64,000 nt of DNA. It comes from Iphione sp. A-MEVVRFRX5. Taxonomy: Eukaryota. Positions within the stretch are counted from its first letter, which is position 1. Each line of letters starts with the position of its first letter. Under the pieces are notes generated by a model. That model saw only the letters and a list, made by a program, of their open reading frames with translations, did not search any database and was not told the origin of the DNA. This document shows, piece after piece, positions 1 to 10,778 of this stretch. Both the position numbers and the translations under genes were made by a program. The stretch spans positions 4,898,001 to 4,962,000 of the forward strand of contig OZ320323.1 of the NCBI GenBank assembly GCA_976226885.1, read 5' to 3'.

Positions 1-186
1 GTCAACAGTTAATCATAGTTGCCATTAACTTCATTTATTCCAGCCTTGTGCTGGGATACAGTGAGCTTACTGACCTCTAGTGGGGGGTATGGTAAACAAG
101 TGTGTACCAACACTGTTGGTATGCGAAAGAAAATAGTTCCATATACCAAAAATATGTCATTTATTTAAATGTCAAGGCTAGAATAA

Positions 187-325
187 AGACAAAACCAGTA
201 CAGTGAGCTATGGATGATGCCAAATACTCGTTCAGGTAGCATTATCATACCAAACTCGGCCGGTATTCATGCTACCTGAACTTGTATTTGGCATCATCCA
301 AGCACACTGTACCAGTTTTGTCTAA
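187..325. repeat. Inverted repeat / foldback
   Basis: The arms 211-242 and 269-300 are reverse complements at 30 of 32 positions, and imperfect pairing extends to about 187-325. Confidence 0.85.
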
Positions 326-530
326 GTACTGCATGCCTTTTCCACCTAGTTTCATTAGATGGCATATGTCCAATAAAACCTGATGACGTCTACATCGCCG
401 AGCACAGTAATTAAAAGCACGAGGCAACGCAAACATGCAGATATGAGCATCTCTTCTCTTGCTTCTCTTCAGCGTCCTTATTACGTTCACTCCTCTCTCT
501 CTCGCTCTTTCTCTTTCGCTCTCTCCATCT

Positions 531-531
<1 letters not shown>

Positions 532-597
<66 letters not shown>
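532..597. repeat. (TC)n microsatellite
   Basis: Seen directly in the sequence. Confidence 0.98.
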
Positions 598-600
<3 letters not shown>

Positions 601-1053
601 ATGCATACAAATAAACCATCACAACAGTAGGCTTCCATGAAGTTCGATAGAACATGTTCAAAGAAAGGAAAAATCGGTACTTTCGGTAGAGGGGGTTTAT
701 AACATAACAGAGATGTCACTTTTACATATGCATTTACTCTCAAAGAGGACCAGCATGGAGTGTCACTAACACTAATCAGGGACATTACAACGTGGAACGA
801 GTACCTACTGCTATGTAGACCACCTGGATTACAGGTGTGCGTTTGACTAAATTCAGCAATCCCCTTTTAAAAAAATTGAAACAATAAATCCTTGAACTAT
901 TTACCAACACCCAGGGCAAAGGAGAAAAATATTGTTTGTAAAATAGACAACCCTTGGATATAATCTATAATTTTTGAACTTCTAATTAATTGATATAAAG
1001 TGCCTTACTAAAGCTATATAAAGTAGCCTCACTGAGAGTGTACTTGTGTGAGA

Positions 1054-1365
1054 TTAGGACTTTAGTGGATTGTACTTATAAGAACCACAATCGGTAAACT
1101 GACAGTGAGTGACAGAAGGAGGGGCACCGCTTCTTATGTTATGACATATATCGACAGGGCGTAGCTGACATCTATACTTACGGACTCGCTTAGGGTAGTA
1201 TGGCGTCTTCGCCGCGGCTTGCTCTTCGCTTTTAATCATCGCTTTGGTTGGTAGGTCCTTATCTGTCTCTCCTGGGGTGACAGTTGCCTTGCTTGCATCT
1301 GCGGATAAGGCTGTCGCAGGAGATTTCGTCTGTAAATCCGTAGGCTGGTCTGTAGCAGTCGCCAT
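1054..1365 (-). CDS. Putative coding exon of an unidentified gene divergent from MTHFD2 (103 aa if unspliced)
   Basis: Minus-strand pyrimidine tract and acceptor (ttcttttttt...gttttgacag|, exon starts at 1400), ATG at 1365 in agtATGG context, and a candidate upstream donor GG|GTAAAA at 1790. The peptide has a low-complexity A/T/K/D N-terminus and a Cys-containing C-terminus. No family recognised. Confidence 0.45.
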   Translation of the reverse strand: MATATDQPTDLQTKSPATALSADASKATVTPGETDKDLPTKAMIKSEEQAAAKTPYYPKRVRKYRCQLRPVDICHNIRSGAPPSVTHCQFTDCGSYKYNPLKS

Positions 1366-2068
1366 ACTTGGAGGTGTGTGATGATAAGAGAGACGCGCGA
1401 CTGTCAAAACACGATCGTAACGAGAGAAACAAAAAAAGAAATACTGCACATCCACTTCTGCTTATTTATTGAAAACATCTTAAATATTTACTATTTCTTA
1501 ACTGCTTCGTAAATAAATTACAGCTCAACAATATTATTGTTTGGGATATTTGTGTATGGCACGCCGATGATTCCGTGACGACGATAAGGTCTCCTCAGAG
1601 AGTAAACGTTAGTATCGTCAGAAAAATAATGTCCGGATTCAGATAACCAAGAACTGATTGAAATTATTTGAAATTACAATGCAATCACTTCTTTAAAAAT
1701 CTAATTTGAAGTAAATACTGCGCATGCTTGAATTCATGATTTAACACATTTTTTTCAGTTTCCAAATCAAATATTTTGATATGTTTTACCCCATGCCGAC
1801 AGAACAACGGAGCGGATATATTACCGCTGTAGATCTGTTCTGTGTATGGAAGAAACTAGTCAATAAAGAGGGCTCTATTTTTTGTGCGTTGCCTCCGAAA
1901 TAAATGCCAGAGTAAGCTGAAACTTTATGACACAGTTTACATCGCTGGCCTGTCATAATCTGGAGGCTTGTCACTAAACGAGGTCAGATCAGTAATCAAC
2001 GCCGCCACGTGGCACCCGTTACAACGGACCTATTTGGTTGGTACGAGTCGGGCGATTACGGAACGAAA

Positions 2069-2163
2069 ATGGGATCACGAGCTGCTGTCAGAGCTGTTTT
2101 GGCACTTGTCAGGCCTCTTTCCAAGTCAGCACAATCTAGGCAGCTGTCTACAACAGCAGCAAG
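2069..2163 (+). CDS. MTHFD2: MTHFD2-like, coding exon 1 (mitochondrial targeting peptide)
   Basis: ATG at 2069 reads MGSRAAVRAVLALVRPLSKSAQSRQLSTTAA(R): Arg/Ala/Ser-rich with no acidic residues, a typical presequence. It ends AG|GTAAAA in phase 2, matching the phase of the exon at 10594. Not in the ORF track. Confidence 0.8.
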
Positions 2164-2950
2164 GTAAAATGACTTAGTTTTGATAGGTGTTCCATCTTAT
2201 ATTATTCTGTTCTTGTTCCATGTCGCGGAGGGTCCGGCGAGGTCCCAACTTCGAAGTTGAGGCAGTGGGCGATGTCTTTCTCAGAAGCGCGGGATCCAGG
2301 CACTAAATATAGCTACAAGTCGGCACCTGTCTCAGATGGCCGCAGTTAAAATAATAATTTGGATGTGCGGAAAAAATGATACTTGTATGAGAGACATTTT
2401 GCATCTATGTCATTAAAGTCCCACCTTCTTGCGTTATACTTTAAACGGCAAAGAGCGTGAGTACTGTGCGTTACCCCGGCAACTCACAGGTGATAGACTT
2501 TGGTGTGTGTCACCGTATCATCTTTCCAGTCATCTCTCTCACCGATCTGTAATGAGGATGATGGTCGATTTTATACACTCCAAGTCGATTACACACAGAT
2601 CAGTTACTGCACTAATAAAAACGGTGGGGATCATAAAATGAACAGTTTACATGATACGAGAGGGCGTTAAATTTATCGTGGGTGAAAGTGAAACCGAATT
2701 TGCCATAGGTAAAGTAGACTTCTAATAGTACCCAGTTTAGAATCCTCGAAAATTAACCCTTTTTGGTGTTATATAAAGACACTCCAGGAAAAATGTCAAG
2801 TATCACCACCGAAAAAAATAATGGATCTCTTCTCCGTGATAGCCTTACCAAAGTCCAGACTTTGAATGGATAGCTATCCTCTGTTTTCACTGGTGATGAT
2901 GTGGCTGGAGACACAGTGGGTGGGTCCCAACTATCCTTCCATAAGTGGCA

Positions 2951-3780
2951 TCGAAGTCACTGTGTCAGGTGTAGCCAAGCTACTATGAGCCATAAACCCC
3001 TCCAAGGTAGGTGGTCCCAACAATGTTCTCAAGGAGCTGTATAATGAGTTAGCACCTATTTTGACCCACTTATTCAGACAGTCACTGTCCACAGGAACCC
3101 TACCCAGTGCAAGGAAGACAGCATCACCCATCTTTAAGAAAGGAGCAATATGTGCAACAGAGAACTATCACCCAGTGAGCTTGACCAGTGTACCTTGCAA
3201 AATCCCGGAACCATATTATATACTATATCCAGTGCCCATCTAGATAGATTTGGAATATTCTTCACACAGGTGTTGAACAGGATCTGTTGAATCAGAAAGT
3301 GGGCATACTTAAGTGTGCCATTGCTTGTGACAGAGTACCCCACAAATGACTGATGAACAAGCGGTGTCTCTAAGGGATTGATGGTCAGGTTGCCATGTGG
3401 ATCACATCGTACCTGAATAGTCACATACAACAGGTGAGGTTGTGGTGGATGGAGGTCACTGAGAATCAGTAGATGTAAGACGATTGAGAGGTCACGGGTT
3501 CAATCCTGGGCCTGGGACTCTTGATCTACAGATTTACTGTAGCCCCCGCCCAGAGTGGTCCACAACTCTTAAAAAGGCCTGGGTGTATAAGATAGACCCT
3601 AGAAACCTATTCAAAATAAGAGTAGGGGCCAACCCCAGATATTCTGGCCTCTCAGTTCTCAATAATAAATGGTAGTTTGCTACCCATGGAGGATATGGAA
3701 GAACCCTGTACTGATGATAGGTGAATATATTTCTGGTTAAAGATACAATGAAATGAAAAAAAAATCTAGTGTCCCCCACT
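2951..3780 (+). mobile_element. Decayed LINE reverse-transcriptase fragment in MTHFD2 intron 1
   Basis: Broken frames translate to GVAKLL*AINPSKVGGP, LKELYNELAPILTHLFRQSLSTG...PIFKKG...NYHPVSLTSVPCKI and GIDGQVAMWITSYL. There are multiple stops and frameshifts. Confidence 0.75.
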
Positions 3781-6738
3781 CCCCAGTTGCTACTTGCAAT
3801 TGAACAAACATCCCTGCGTGAAGGTTTCCACCTCACTGAAGTTCACAGCATGTAATTCGAATGGGAAGACATGTCACCTCGTTAAATATCCCATTACACA
3901 TTTATGTATAGTGTGTTTGTATTTTTGGCTTGAGATTAAGTAGAAAGGGTACGAAAATATGGCCCAAGTTAATGAAAAGTTAAATTCATTTGTGCATTTT
4001 CAGGGGCGTAAGTATAAAATTTACGTGTATGTAACTATGCCTCGGAAAAAACAGTTTCAATGTAAAGTAACTTGTAGTGAGGTAAACATCGAAGCACACT
4101 GCACCAGTCGGGTTGGATTCTTCATTTACATCTTGCTGAGAAAGATGTATCAATGGTTGCCAGCAGTATACACTCATAGACAAGCTTTCGGGTGAACTCA
4201 ACCAACCATCAGAAGACCATGCCTTTTATATCAGTGGCCGACTCCCTTGCTTGACCCAAAGACCACCATTATACTGTAGCCTCCTGATTTACTGCGGCAC
4301 ATCTTGTGCCCGCCAGTCTCACAGAGTATTACATTTCTGCACTGCTGGCTGATTAAGGGATCTGTGCCCGTTGACATTGCACCGGTATCCGATTTTTTTC
4401 CTGAGGTATCTGTATACCTATGTTGGTACACACAGAAACACATTTCAGTAGCAGCACCACTCCATAGCACGGACAGGAACAAACAGTCCATGACATGCAC
4501 ATCGGCAGGTCTGTGTGTACGGACGGAAAATACGTATGTACATGTACATATAAATGGGTATTCGGCTGTAATTACAGAGGTAGGCCAGGTCTATGTTATA
4601 CCAGGAAGCTCTGTAGACTACTTAGGCCGAGTGCCAACATTATAATGTCTCGGGCGTTTAAGTACATCTTGATAGTTCGAGCCGATCAACATTGTATGTC
4701 TATGTCGGGGCCAGTTTTTTTCCCCTTGCGGTTAGACGGGATATTCTTTCAGCACTCTCATAAAAAGATGTATTTGAACACAAGCGTTGTAATCTTTAAA
4801 AAAAGATGAGGATCCTTTATGTGGCTACACCCGTGATAAGTAGGAAGACGAATTCTGACAAGTATGTAGGACGTGACGATGTGGATTTACCCATCCTTAT
4901 GTTTCCAAACCAAAGAACAGTTTGGACGCAGTAAAGCAGTCGACAGGGAGCTCAGGTTTATTCGTCTCGAGTCAGTTATTCTCCCGTTTTATCAGTGAGA
5001 GGGATTCCCCCCAGCTCCTTTGTAATGCAGTTAAGGGGATCCCCACCTGAAGTACCTCGGAACCCATCCCCTGCCTGTAGTACTGTCAGAAGGATTCTAC
5101 ACCCAAAGTACTGATGAAACGACCCTTCATTTGTAGAACTGTCAAATGGCTACCACTGTGTTTAATTTTGCATCAAGGAAGAGCTTTATAAATTACATGA
5201 TCAGAAAGTAGAGGATAAGGGCTTATTCCTATTCTATTTATATGATGGTACCCAAAAGTAATACCAGCCATGGCGAGGAGGTCTCGTGGGTGTGAGACTC
5301 CTTTGAAACTTATACATTGTTTTCTCTTATAGGTTATGTGAATCCTTTGTATGTGAATGGTACATACCGCCATATATTTTAAGGTAGATAACAATATAAA
5401 AGAAAGCAGAGCAAAACTCTGGCACTACTTTTTCAGCTGGATGTAGTAATACAACAGTGACCTTGACCTTAAACAGAGAGAGGGAGAGAGAGGAGAGAGA
5501 GACAGAGACAGAGAGAATTTCTCTCAAATTTATACCACCAGTGCAGGTGCCGAAAGGGCTTGCTTCTATTTGTGGATGTGTACAGGTGAACAGAGAAACA
5601 CGAAGTGACCTCCCTGGACACATACTCCCCTAAGAGAGGATCTTTATAGGTGAAGCTGCCTGGATTAACCGGGTCACGACCCGTCTTTGGGGCATATGTT
5701 CCACAGGCAAACACATATTTAGACACTGCATGCGGACCCTATAAAATTCTAGAGTAAATAATAAATGAAATATTTACATGTAGACCTAGTAAAAAAAGAA
5801 AAGTCTGTATTTCTAGTAACCCAACCGACACTCCATCTTGGGCCGTTGGATTTTTTTTATGTTGTAATTGTTTTGTCCATATCTTGGTAATGACTAGTGC
5901 TACAGACTCAAATAGTACATCCTTTTTTCTTTCTTACACTATTAGCTTTCATGTGATATCATTTTCATGTAAGCAGTAGAAGTGATACTGCAATTGTAGC
6001 ACAGAGCCAACACCACAAGTCAGGTTTGATTCTGCCTTTTATTCTTCTCAGTGTCAAAACATTACAGCAAGTCCAGCAACTGAAGGTGAGTCCGACTACA
6101 GTGTCGGACCGCTAAGCTTAGATACCAAGTCGGACCGGATATGGTCATTCTTTACTTGTCACAAACACAATGAGTCGTAAAGTCTTTTAGCACCATGATG
6201 TCATTAGTGCCCGGTGTCCAGGGTTGTGTTAGAGTATCACTGATAAGACACCATGCTTTACACAAGATACATTGTGTGAACAAAGTAGGAACTATGCTGC
6301 TTTTGGCTCCTGTTACACTGATAGGAAGAACTGCAAATTTTTCATCCAGTACACATTACTTCACAGTAGGCTTACTTAAAATTCTTCTATCTATACTCTA
6401 TACATAACATGTCATATCCATACCGCTATCCCTTTAGGATTATCTTTATTATGCGGTCTATATCATATGTCATAGCACTCTAACTATCGGTGAGCTTGCT
6501 GACATCATCATCATGTTCAAAACTGTGTTACACGATATTCATTGGTTGCTTTCAGTATCAATTAATATTGGGAAAAAACGCTTACCTATCACCCTTATTT
6601 TTCCCAGCATGTTACCAGAAACCCAGATATTTTTGGGGTTCAGATGGGAGTTACGGGTGTGAGTAGGTGGGGCTTATATGTGCAAGGTTTCACATCTAGA
6701 TATGATTTTTGTAGAATCTCTCTTTCTCTCTCTCTCTT

Positions 6739-6782
<44 letters not shown>

Positions 6783-7079
6783 ACAGTGACACACACACAG
6801 TTTGGCCCCATGGCTACCGTACAGTGACTAGGCCTCCATCAGCCACACAAGCCGCCAGCAGAAGACCCACAGACGGCGCCGTTAGCTCACCCTGCATCAG
6901 CACGTAGCACAGTGCATGCATGAATGAATGCGGCAGAGTCACGCTTCATTAGCTTGCTTGTGGTTCCTGGTGCTAATTCATTTAACGGAGTTATGCGGGC
7001 GTTCAGGTTTCCCATTTGATGAATTAGTCACTTCACCGCGAATCTGTAGGCGTTTATGTGATTAATCGCACCCGTAACA

Positions 7080-7158
7080 TGCATGTATGCATGTATGTAT
7101 TGTATGTAAGTATGGATGGATGGATGTTTCTGTATGTATGGATGTATGTATGGGTGTG

Positions 7159-7203
<45 letters not shown>

Positions 7204-7220
7204 GTTTGTGTATGTATGTA
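7080..7220. repeat. (TATG)n microsatellite
   Basis: Seen directly. A (CT)n(CA)n tract also lies at about 6718-6800. Confidence 0.95.
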
Positions 7221-8404
7221 TCCGGTTCACCATTAAGACTAAAAAAGCATTTTACTGAGAACTTGCGTAGAGTGGATCTACATGAACGTGTAAATAAAAA
7301 TCTATGCCATAGATAGCATGTCTTGGTTCTCAGAAATGTCCGTCCAGCGTCGCAAGCATTCCTGTCAAAGGTTTATATGTAGAATAGAATAGATGAAAAG
7401 TGAAAACAGTTCATCCTACTGGAAGTGCTTGTATTAAGACATGCACTTATAAACAGCAGCGTGTATACAGGTCACATAGAAAACTCTGTACATGATATTG
7501 GTATTGTATAGGTATAGGTATTGTATATATATGATCATCACTAAAGCTGCTATAATGTCTCCTAGAACTGAGAGAGAATTTCTATATCTCCTGAAAATAG
7601 GACATATCGTCAGCATACGAATGAACTGGATGTTCTGTCATAGCTCCAGATAAACATATTTCCACCCTTGAGCGCAGACTCTGACTGTCGCCTGAGAAAC
7701 GTCGATCTTGGCTTCTTACTTAAGAGTGACGAGACGGTAAATTCTGCAGCTTTCATGACTGTTGAGACGCTTGCCAATAGCCATGACCTAGAAGTGACAT
7801 GGTGTTATGTGAAAGGGAATGATTAATAACCTCTTGGCGCACCGGAATTGTTGGATATATCATACAAGCGAAGAAAACTGCATAGGGGCCCTGTAACACA
7901 ACTCAAGATGACACAGGTTTCCAGTTTACTTTTATCAGTTATATCGTGAGGTGTGTGTTCCATCTGTTGATGTCTTGATACAGACTATAGAAAAGTGGGA
8001 TGGGTGTTTTTTTTTCTACTATGCGTGTGTTCATGACATTTTGGCTTCTATAGAGCGAGGTGAGTTAGTCAATTGACCCAGATTACAGAGCTCTTGAAGG
8101 CAAATAGCAGCTTAATTATGAACCAGTCTCTTGATCTATGTGGTAGCGCGGAACGGTATGTTAATGCGTCACTGAGTAAGATCTGGCCAAAAGGGAATCG
8201 GGAGTAAGGAGTGAGGGGGAAGCGGGAAGGGGGGGGGGGGGTTAGGAAGGTATTGAGTGGGAAAACAGATGAAACAGAAGTGATGCTAAGTCCAGCAGAA
8301 ATCCATCGACACAAAAAAGAAGCTATCAGTAGTAAAAAGGCTACTATAAACACTTGATTTGGTCGGATAAACCTAGTTGGGTATTGAATGCAATTTGTCT
8401 TCAG

Positions 8405-8955
8405 GGCTCTTGTAGAGTAATGTCGTCCCTGCCATGCTGTCCCTGTCATATAGAGGAGCTCCTAGAGTAATGCCATCTCTGTCATTTAGAGGAGCTCATA
8501 GAGTAATGCCGTCTCTGTCATGAAGAGGAGCTCGTAGGGAAATATTGTTCCTGTCATGTAGAGGAGATCATAGAGTAATGTCATCTCTGTCATTAGAGGA
8601 GCTCATAGAGTAATGCCGTCCCTGTCATGTAGAGGAGCTTGTAGATTAATGTTGTCCCTGTCATGTAGAGGAGTTTTTGTAGAGTCATGCCGTCCCTATC
8701 ACGTTCCTGTCATGTAGAGGAGCACATAGGGTAATGTCATCTCTGTCATGTAGAGGAGCTTGTAGATTAATGCTGTCCCTGTCATGTAGAGGAGCTTGTA
8801 GAGTCATGCCGCCCCTGTCACGTTCCTGTCATGTAGAGGAGCTCATAGGGTAATGTTGTCTCTGTCATGTAGAGAAGCTCGGAGAGTAATGTCGTCTCTG
8901 TCAAGTAGCAGAGCTTGTAAGGTAATGTGTCAATCATGTAGAGGAGCTCGTAGGG
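8405..8955. repeat. ~36-bp minisatellite in MTHFD2 intron 1
   Basis: Unit approximately CTGTCATGTAGAGGAGCTCATAGAGTAATGCCGTCC, roughly 14-15 degenerate copies. Confidence 0.9.
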
Positions 8956-10593
8956 TTTTGATGATCCCGCCTCCAGGAGAAGAGATCGTGGGATAACAGC
9001 TATCGAACTGTGGACAACTGGAAGCTACAGTGCCATGTACGTAGTCTGGTTACCCCAACAGAAAGAGTTGTTTTCACTGGATTGACGAGCCAGCTGCCGA
9101 TCGGGCACCTCACAGGTCGCCTTTCTTGTTTTTGAATCGATGAAACCAGAGGGGCAGGTTCCTTTTTCCCAGCCAGGATGCAATCAGCCATCAGTTTTTT
9201 TTCAAACAGGTCGGCTTAGTCCTACCAAACTGGCTGGCAGGCTGTTGGCTCGTTGCCAGCAAGGAACGCTAACTATTACAAGTGGGGTGGGTTTCAAGCA
9301 CGTAGTAGACAAGTGCGATGTAATCTCGAGAGGTCTCCGATCTATAGGTGATTTGCAGATATGGCCGGTGTTACGTAACACCCTGGATGAAGGCAAACGG
9401 TGACCACATCAGTAACTTAAATAATGCTTTTACATGTATTTTAATCTGTTGCATTTAAATTTGATTAGTAGCTCTGTTTCTACATAAAAACAGGAATGTT
9501 GGGGGCGTTTTTAAAAAGTTGTTTGAAAAAAAATAGTGCTAAAAATGAAGATGAGAGTCCTCCCTGCAAAATGTACCTCGTATTAATTTTTACTGTTATT
9601 TCTGATGAAGTGATAAGTTAACGTCACTGGTGATACCTCTTTCGCTGCTTCAGAGTGCATGCACTTAAAGGAAGATCTTGTATCAATCACTATTGGTACA
9701 AATAAATGAGTAATATCATTGTCAAGGACACCATTTCAGTTTTCTGATGGAATTCATTTACAACAGATTAAGAGATTTTTATCGTAACCACACCTTGACT
9801 ATTTCACTTAGAGGAAGAACTGCATATTCTGTATCTAGGGAACATTTATTGTTGTAGTTAAGAAGGTGACTGTTTACTCTAATCTGAGTGAAGCAAGTTA
9901 ATGTTTGCCCTTCCAGGCCTCACGTAGACCTGTTAACGTAACGCCTTGCCCCATCCCCCCCCCCATCCTCTTATTGCTGTCTGAAGTTCGTCTACAAGAC
10001 ATCGAGAGTTCATGAAAGGCATACCTAGTGAAGTGGCTGCTGCGTTCTTTGATTTCATTTTGTTTTGGGAAACTTTGTCATCAAGGGCACACCTGTGTCA
10101 CTGTCACCATTCCAACGTAAAAAATGTCATGGTTTCCGATTTGGTTCGTTAGTAGAGGTACACATACACGCCATAGTAACTCGCCCACCTTAAATACAAC
10201 ATGGCTTCCTTTGCTGACAAGAACGACAAACATCTTTGTAGGAAAGTAAAATTTCCCGATAAGATAAGCTAGTACTACACAGCCCCGGCTGAAAACCAGC
10301 CTCTTGGCTGATGCCGGATTCCAGTTTGTACTAAAAAAAAATTTAAGAAATAATAATAGTAATCCCGTTTAGAGCCGTAGACGTTCTGACGGTGTCAAGA
10401 CAATGTTGCGAGTTGGCTATGGCACGAACTGGTTATGGCACGAGATGGCATAAATCCCCCTGCTCCAAAAGCCTGAAACACAAAATTACACTTATGAAGA
10501 GACGGACACATCAGGAGGATTAGAAAGAAAACAGTCGACATTTCTCTGTTATCGCTGATTAGTTTTCATTATCTCTTTCATTCATCTCGTTAG

Positions 10594-10778
10594 ATGTCGC
10601 GCCCAGATCATCGACGGCAAGGCGATGGCGAACGATATCAAGAAGGAGGTGCGGGCGGAAGTGGACGCCATGATGGCTTCCGGGCGACGGCCGCCCCACC
10701 TGACGGCAGTTATCGTGGGCGAGGACCCGGCCAGCCACACCTACGTCAAGAACAAGATGTCCGCCTGCAAGTTCACCG
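10594..10778 (+). CDS. MTHFD2: MTHFD2-like, coding exon 2
   Basis: Acceptor ttcatctcgttag|, 185 nt, donor G|GTAGGT. Encodes CRAQIIDGKAMANDIKKEVRAEVDAMMASGRRPPHLTAVIVGEDPASHTYVKNKMSACKFTG, the FolD/MTHFD N-terminal region with its YxxxK motif. Confidence 0.95.

Noticed and set aside
272-785. ORFs rich in ER or LS dipeptides; likewise at 42591-42983 and 7058-7316
   Set aside because: These are translations of (TC)n, (GA)n and (TATG)n microsatellites.
1054-1974. Divergent gene as MOB1 (recalled as the head-to-head neighbour of human MTHFD2)
   Set aside because: No MOB1-like sequence was found in the minus-strand frames examined.
3470-3520. tRNA-like B-box sequences (GGTTCAATCC here; GAGTTCAAATC on the minus strand near 37720)
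   Set aside because: No cloverleaf or acceptor stem can be built. At most these are SINE remnants.
5469-5738. Minus-strand acceptor-like site and ORF (YVFACGTYAPKTGRDPVNPG...) in MTHFD2 intron 1
   Set aside because: The resemblance to the Sema-domain CGT motif is too short, no donor was found, and the frame runs into a (TC)n tract.
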